DNA from: Chrysochromulina tobinii
Lineage: Eukaryota
Assembly: GCA_001275005.1 (NCBI GenBank)
Contig: JWZX01002856.1
Span: 1 to 35,376 of the forward strand
Length of the DNA stretch: 35,376 nucleotides
Direction: 5' to 3'
Shown here piece after piece: positions 30,365 to 35,376 of this stretch. Positions within the stretch are counted from its first letter, which is position 1. The number at the start of each line of letters is the position of its first letter. Under the pieces are notes generated by a model. The model searched no databases and was not told where the DNA came from. It saw only the letters and a list, made by a program, of their open reading frames with translations. Position numbers and translations under genes: made by a program.

Positions 30365-32620
30365 TCAGAAGTCATCCTCGAGCAGCTTCTCGAGTTCAAC
30401 ATCGTCGTCATCGCTTTCGGATGCAGGCTCAGTGGTGCACTCGCCACTCTCATTGGCACCGGCAGCTTCGGCTGCTGCCCCGTCGATGGCCTCTGCTGCT
30501 GCTGCCCGTCTGGTGGCTTCGGATGCTGCTAGGTCGGTGGCTGCACGCTCACGCGGACGATCGAGGTCACCATCGAGGTCAAAGGTGCGGTCAAAGGCGA
30601 TCTCCGTCGCGAAGCCTATGGAGGGAGCGAGGTTGATGGTGGCATGACCCCAGAGCGAGGGGACGAGTAACACGTCACCCGCCTGCTGATCGCACGTGAG
30701 CGGCTCGCCGACAGCGCGAGCGGCGCCATCGAGGGCAAGTTGGATGTGGCGCTGCGCGTACGCTGCGCCCTCAGGCGGCCAGAGCAACCAGCGCTTGTGC
30801 CCTCGGATGAGCCAATTCCACGCCGACTCGTGCCAGTGATGCTGCGCGCCCGCGCCCGCGCCCCCAACGTAGAACTGTATCGAACGTGAGCGGAGCAGAC
30901 GCGAGTTGTCGGATGCGTCCTCTATGAACGGCGGACGCTCCCATTCCTCGAGTAAGCGCCGATGCTCCGCATTAGCAGCCTTGTCGGTGGCGCCCACGAG
31001 CTCGATGTCGCCGCGGAGCTTGCGACCATCGGTGCTGCTGGGAGTCGCGTTGCGCCCCACGAAGTGCCACCCGTTGAGTGCCATGAACACCGACTTAGGG
31101 GGCTCTTCTGTCGTCACCGACGGCAGCCGAGCAGCGTCGCGTCGCTTGGCCGCCTTTGGTGGCTTAGAGCGGCTTGTGGGCGACTTCGTCGCACTTGGCG
31201 CCTCGCCTTCATCACGATCGGTACCGGCGTCGACGCCGGCTGTGCCACCGCCACAGCGGAAGATAGATGAGGGTCCCGTGACCTCGAGCATCTCGCGTAG
31301 GCTCGTTCGGTTAGGCGTGACCATGACCACGCTCGCCGAACCCTCCGCGTAAGGGTAGACCTCAAGCCGTAACGACAGGTTACCCAGCCGCTCCTGCAGA
31401 GCGTCGCGTGCCCAGCCCGCGCGCCAGTGGCGAGGCATCTGCGTGCCCCGCACGAGCACGGGCGTGCCCAGCCCAATCCAGTCGCTCACTATGTCCTGCG
31501 TCGTGAGCTCCGATGCATCCAAAATAGGCAAGTCGCATCCCGTTTTGGACTGCAGTAGACCCTCCGCATGATCGGCTGTCTTGGCGACCGTCGCGGAGGA
31601 TGACGCGCAGTCCTCGGGCTCCCACCCGCTGCCGCTGCTACGGGTGCTCTTGCTAGCAGCTCGAGACGAGACGGAGCGCCGACGCCGTCGTGTCTTCTCG
31701 CAGCGCCACTTGCGAGACTTGAGGCTCTCGATGGGCGCAGAGGCGACCTTACGGCTCTGCAGCGCCCGCAGCATGGCAGCGCAGTGAGCGACGTTGGCGC
31801 CCGAGTTGCTCAAGGCCACGTCCTCAGGCGAGCGCCCCCTGCCGTCGAGCCACTCCTCGGCCCAGATCGGTTCGAGGCCTGCAGCTGCTGGCGCACGTGA
31901 CGATGCTGGCAGCGCCGCAGCGAGCATCGCGGCGGCTGAGACGGAACCGTGACTAGCCGCTAGGTGCAAAGGTGTCTGCCCGAGGATGTTGCGTGCCGTC
32001 GTGTTCGCGCCGAGCGCGAGGAGTGGCTGCACTAGCTGTGGCGCGCCAAAGGCCGCGACAAAATGTAGCGCAGACCACTTGAACTTGGTGTACTCGTTCA
32101 CACGGGCGCCCCGGCGAGCCAGCTGCTCGATGAGGCCGTGGTGGGTGATGCACTGGGCCATCGCCGTGCGCACGTCCGCCCGTGTCACGACCCCTGTGTC
32201 GCGCGCACGCTCGACGATCGTCGCCATCGAGGGGTCGAGCGCCATCGCGCAGCTGGCGAAGAGTTCGCGGCTGTGGCCCATCATGGTGCTGCCGGTCATG
32301 CTGCCGTCAAGGGCTGAGCCTCGAGAGCTTGACGCGGCCTGCAGGATCCAACGCGACAAGCTCACGCCCCAGCCCTCAAGCTCATGGGCGACGTGCAGCA
32401 GGCTACGAATAACGATTCCCGCGCTGGCGCGCTCCTCTGTGAGGGTGTCGTCCCATTGCAGAAAACTCTTCCGCGCTCGCTCGTTTGCCAGCCTGAGCAG
32501 TTCCTCAAAGTTGCCGGCGTAGAGAGCAATATCAGTAGGCTCGCGAACTTTGGCTAAGACCTTTATGCTGCCGTTCTTGAACCTGCGTGGACCACGTCGC
32601 CTAATGGGTTGTTGGCCCAT
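30365..32620 (-). CDS. Ankyrin-repeat + JmjC (JMJD8-like, HxH...H) domain protein
   Basis: Ankyrin motifs WSALHFVAAFG...LLALGAN, GQTPLHLAASHG and GRSPEDVA. JmjC motifs QFYVGGAGAGAQHHWH..AWN.LIRGHKRWLLWPP and CDQQAGDVLLVPSLWGHATIN. Start uncertain (ATG at 32620 or 32773). Confidence 0.85.
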   Translation of the reverse strand: MGQQPIRRRGPRRFKNGSIKVLAKVREPTDIALYAGNFEELLRLANERARKSFLQWDDTLTEERASAGIVIRSLLHVAHELEGWGVSLSRWILQAASSSRGSALDGSMTGSTMMGHSRELFASCAMALDPSMATIVERARDTGVVTRADVRTAMAQCITHHGLIEQLARRGARVNEYTKFKWSALHFVAAFGAPQLVQPLLALGANTTARNILGQTPLHLAASHGSVSAAAMLAAALPASSRAPAAAGLEPIWAEEWLDGRGRSPEDVALSNSGANVAHCAAMLRALQSRKVASAPIESLKSRKWRCEKTRRRRRSVSSRAASKSTRSSGSGWEPEDCASSSATVAKTADHAEGLLQSKTGCDLPILDASELTTQDIVSDWIGLGTPVLVRGTQMPRHWRAGWARDALQERLGNLSLRLEVYPYAEGSASVVMVTPNRTSLREMLEVTGPSSIFRCGGGTAGVDAGTDRDEGEAPSATKSPTSRSKPPKAAKRRDAARLPSVTTEEPPKSVFMALNGWHFVGRNATPSSTDGRKLRGDIELVGATDKAANAEHRRLLEEWERPPFIEDASDNSRLLRSRSIQFYVGGAGAGAQHHWHESAWNWLIRGHKRWLLWPPEGAAYAQRHIQLALDGAARAVGEPLTCDQQAGDVLLVPSLWGHATINLAPSIGFATEIAFDRTFDLDGDLDRPRERAATDLAASEATRRAAAAEAIDGAAAEAAGANESGECTTEPASESDDDDVELEKLLEDDF

Positions 32621-32822
32621 GCAGCGGGCTACACTCGTGCGAGTGCGCTCGTCATGTGACGTGAATGTCTCGTGTTTTGCAGCTCCGCGAAGCGTCGTCT
32701 CGGTCACGAATGTTCTTCCACAGCGGTGGCGCGGCACACAAGCACCAATTACCCCATGGGAACGAATGAACATCTCTATTCAACCAGTTGCTGCTCGGCT
32801 ATTTGGTGAGCTCAGGGTGAGC

Positions 32823-33536
32823 TCACAGGGCGACAAACGCCTTCCTAAATTGAACGAAGATCTCGACGAGGACGAGAAAAGCCGCGCCGAGCGCGACGGC
32901 GACCGGCAAAGTGAACCAGCTGTCAACACCAGACGAGCGCTTCGTTTGCTGGCGTGACGTGGAGCCATCTTCGTCGTCGAGGGCCTCGGCCTCGTCGCAG
33001 GTACCGCTCTCCTGCCTGCCGTGGAGGCGCCGCCGCCGCTCCGCCTTGGCAGCCTCGGCCTCCTTCTTGGCCGCCTCAGCCTCGCGCTGCTGCTTCTCTC
33101 GTTGCCGTGAGGCCTTGAAGCGTGCTAAGCGTTCCTCTTCCTCCAGCTTCTCGCGCTTCTCGCGCGCAATGCGGTGGCTTTTCACGTCATGCGCTGCCAT
33201 GTAACACGTAAACGTGCCGCCTTTGGGCACGAGCAGAGCGCCCCAATACTGGTCCGACTTGGTCTCACCGCGCCACTGCTTGGCGAGCACGACGCAAAGC
33301 ACCTCGCCCTGCAGGTACCACGTCGATTCCTCGGCGTTCACCGGTCCACTGAGCGGCTCGCAGTGCAGCAGCGTCTTGCCAAGCTTTGTGTGCTTCACGA
33401 CCAGATGATCAGCAGATATGACACACACGACGTCCTTCTTGATCGTGTCGGGAGGGATGGGGACCCACAGCTCGACTTGCGCGTCATCCTCCTTCCAGTC
33501 CCAGAAGGCGCCGCTCTTGCTCTCGCTGAACGGCAT
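32823..33536 (-). CDS. CS (p23/NudC-like) domain protein with coiled coil and C-terminal transmembrane helix
   Basis: WDWKEDDAQVELWVPIP...KKDVVC.I...HLVV...LSGPVNAEESTWYL...VVLAK...YWGALL, then an E/K/R-rich coil and a hydrophobic tail WFTLPVAVALGAAFLVLVEIFV. ATG at 33536. Confidence 0.85.
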   Translation of the reverse strand: MPFSESKSGAFWDWKEDDAQVELWVPIPPDTIKKDVVCVISADHLVVKHTKLGKTLLHCEPLSGPVNAEESTWYLQGEVLCVVLAKQWRGETKSDQYWGALLVPKGGTFTCYMAAHDVKSHRIAREKREKLEEEERLARFKASRQREKQQREAEAAKKEAEAAKAERRRRLHGRQESGTCDEAEALDDEDGSTSRQQTKRSSGVDSWFTLPVAVALGAAFLVLVEIFVQFRKAFVAL

Positions 33537-33734
33537 TGTGATTGTCGCGATCACAGCACGACCGCGTGTGAATTATAACTATGTTGGACAACAAGGAGGC
33601 GGTCAAAAAAGTGTTGCACCAACATCCGCGGTCCCGGCTCCCCCTTTTTGCATGCATGCAGAACTGACAACTGGGGGAAGAACTGACAGAACTGACAACT
33701 GTTTGGTTCTGCGAGCTGGGAGAAGATTCCCTCC

Positions 33735-33760
33735 GTGAGCGCTTGCATGCATGCGCTCAC
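33735..33760. other. 26-bp near-perfect palindrome just past the stop codon of the LRR-ShK gene
   Basis: gtgagcgc-t-tgcatgca-t-gcgctcac, with a single T/T mismatch. Confidence 0.75.
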
Positions 33761-33768
33761 AGTCGCTC

Positions 33769-35265
33769 TTACTTGGGGCTGCTTCTCTGCAGAGCCTGGT
33801 AGACAGCTGCCTTGTCGGCGGCGCATGAGGGCGAGCACGGCAGCGCCGCACCCTGCAGCTCGGCGGACAGCTCGGAAAAGCTCAGGACCTGCAGCGGCGC
33901 GAGACTGCCCACCGTACCGCTCACGCGCTGCACGCCGAGAGCGCGCAGGATAGGCAGGTGCGCAGCCTCCGTGAGCTCGTGCGCGCTCAGCCAGCGCAGC
34001 AGCTCGCGCGTCTGCGCCTCCGACTTTTGCGCCGCCTGCTCGGGCGTCAGTGTGCTCGCCTCCGGCGCCGGGCCGCCGGCCAGAGGCATTTCGCCGTGCA
34101 AGTCAGTCCGAAGGGCGTCGAGATGCTTGACCGCGAGATCATCACTCAGCTCGTGCTGCGCTACGGCTTGCGCGGCCTCTGTGCCGGCCGGCGGCGTAAA
34201 GTTGTCCTGCAGAGCTGCGAGCCGCCTCGCCTCCATCTGCACGCTGAGCGGAGCTTGGTGCCCTGAGGACGTGGCCATCTCTGGGTCTGCCGCTTGCAAG
34301 GTCGGCGGGTGGTCGGGCGGTGGCAGCCCCGGGTCCGCCGCTTGCAAGGTCGGCGGGTGGTCGGGCGGTGGCAGCCCCGGGTCCGCCGCTTGCAAGGTCG
34401 GCGGGTGGTCGGGCGGTGGCAGCTCTCTGCTTGGCGGCAGAGATTTATGCGTCGGGCATTGATCGCACGACTTGCGGCAGTGCGCGTGCATGAAGACGGG
34501 ATTGTTGACGCACTCCATCGCAGCCGCCCACGTGGGGCACTCGCTGTGATCATCTGCGCACGGATGCGCCTGCTCGGCACCGAGCTGCGGCGGCGCCGAC
34601 CGCGGAGGCGGAGTGCTGCTCGCCTGCTTGCGCTGCATCTGGGCCTCCAGCTGGGCCTGAGCCTGCACCGCTGCGTTGATGTCCGCCTGCGCCGTCTCGA
34701 CGTATCTAGCAAGCTTGGCCTTGCACCTCGCAGCCTCCGCCCCTCACTCTGCCACTCGATTGTCCTGGAGCTGCGAGTTGCACGAGAGCGCCTCTACAAT
34801 AGCCTCGGCTACGGCGGCTGCGGATCCGGTACCGTCGTCCTCGGGCACGAAGTAGAGCGAGCTCAACACATGGTTGACCTGCAGCGCCTCTGCAAGGATG
34901 GCTGCACCCGGTTTGCCAATTGGGTTTCCACCCACGTCAAGTGACATGAGAACAGGGTGGGTCTTGAGGGTCTCCGCCAGCTCCGCGAGGCCGGCAACGC
35001 CGATAGCCTGGTCGACGAGGGACAATTTGACTACGCCGATCCCACTCTCGCTGGCAAGCGCCCGTGCGAGCTCAAAAGCGCCCTCGTCTCCGATTCTTGG
35101 TCCGTGGTCTCCGTGGTCAAGCACGAGCTCGGCGCAACCGCGAAGGTCATATCTGCCAAGCTTCTTGATTTCGTCCCATCCGCACACGCGCTGCACACCC
35201 TGTGCCACGGATACGTGCACCAGCGAGAGCACGCTGACCCTGGTGAGAACGCTCATAGTCCTCAT
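33769..35265 (-). CDS. Putative secreted protein: signal peptide, RI-like LRRs, ShK domain, Pro repeats and a SAM-like C-terminus, interrupted by one in-frame TGA at 34744-34746
   Basis: Track ORFs 34744-35304 and 33769-34668 are in the same frame and joined by 25 open codons (NRVAE*GAEAARCKAKLARYVETAQADINAAVQAQ). LRR motifs IGDEGAFELARAL and LDVGGNPIGKPGAAILAEAL. ShK: CADDHSECPTWAAAMECVNNPVFMHAHCRKSCDQC. Confidence 0.75.
34283..34423. repeat. 48-bp coding tandem repeat x3 (LPPPDHPPTLQAADP)
   Basis: Near-identical units start at 34283, 34331 and 34379. Confidence 0.92.
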
Positions 35266-35376
35266 AGCGTAGAGACAGCTTCTCGAGGAGCCTTGTGCCT
35301 TCACGTTGCGGCGCCTTTGCGGTCGTTCATGTGAACATGTGTTCGAGGGTTGGGTCTCAACATCTTATCTCGACAG

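Noticed and set aside
33715..33765. Canonical SECIS element for the in-frame TGA
   Set aside because: The minus strand has GUGAG-N11-AA, but the UGAG pairs Watson-Crick within the palindrome and no correctly spaced 3' GA quartet is present.

Overview
GC-rich, gene-dense eukaryotic DNA with no introns evident. Gene content (KATNAL2, a SHIPPO/ODF3-repeat protein, calpain, BEACH, ShK) suggests a flagellated protist or alga; a haptophyte-like assignment is only an inference. About 13 protein-coding genes are supported. In order: 2OG-Fe(II) oxygenase-TPR, zinc-finger hypothetical, SHIPPO-repeat protein, GAF-calpain, RNA 5'-triphosphatase-like DSP fused to a methyltransferase-like domain, KATNAL2, a 3053-aa BEACH/WD40 protein, a phosphite dehydrogenase (PtxD)-like gene, sulfotransferase-like protein, DUF5672 protein, ankyrin-JmjC protein, CS-domain tail-anchored protein, and an LRR-ShK gene interrupted by one in-frame TGA. 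The standout is the PtxD-like gene (25046-26146, minus strand). It keeps PtxD-specific signatures but has no ptxABC/ptxE operon partners, and it lies in a ~2-kb block between two convergent eukaryotic genes, just downstream of a possible non-LTR retrotransposon relic. This points to a candidate native eukaryotic phosphite-oxidation system. No rRNA, tRNA or CRISPR array was recognised. All family calls come from motifs recognised by eye and recalled reference sequences, not database searches.
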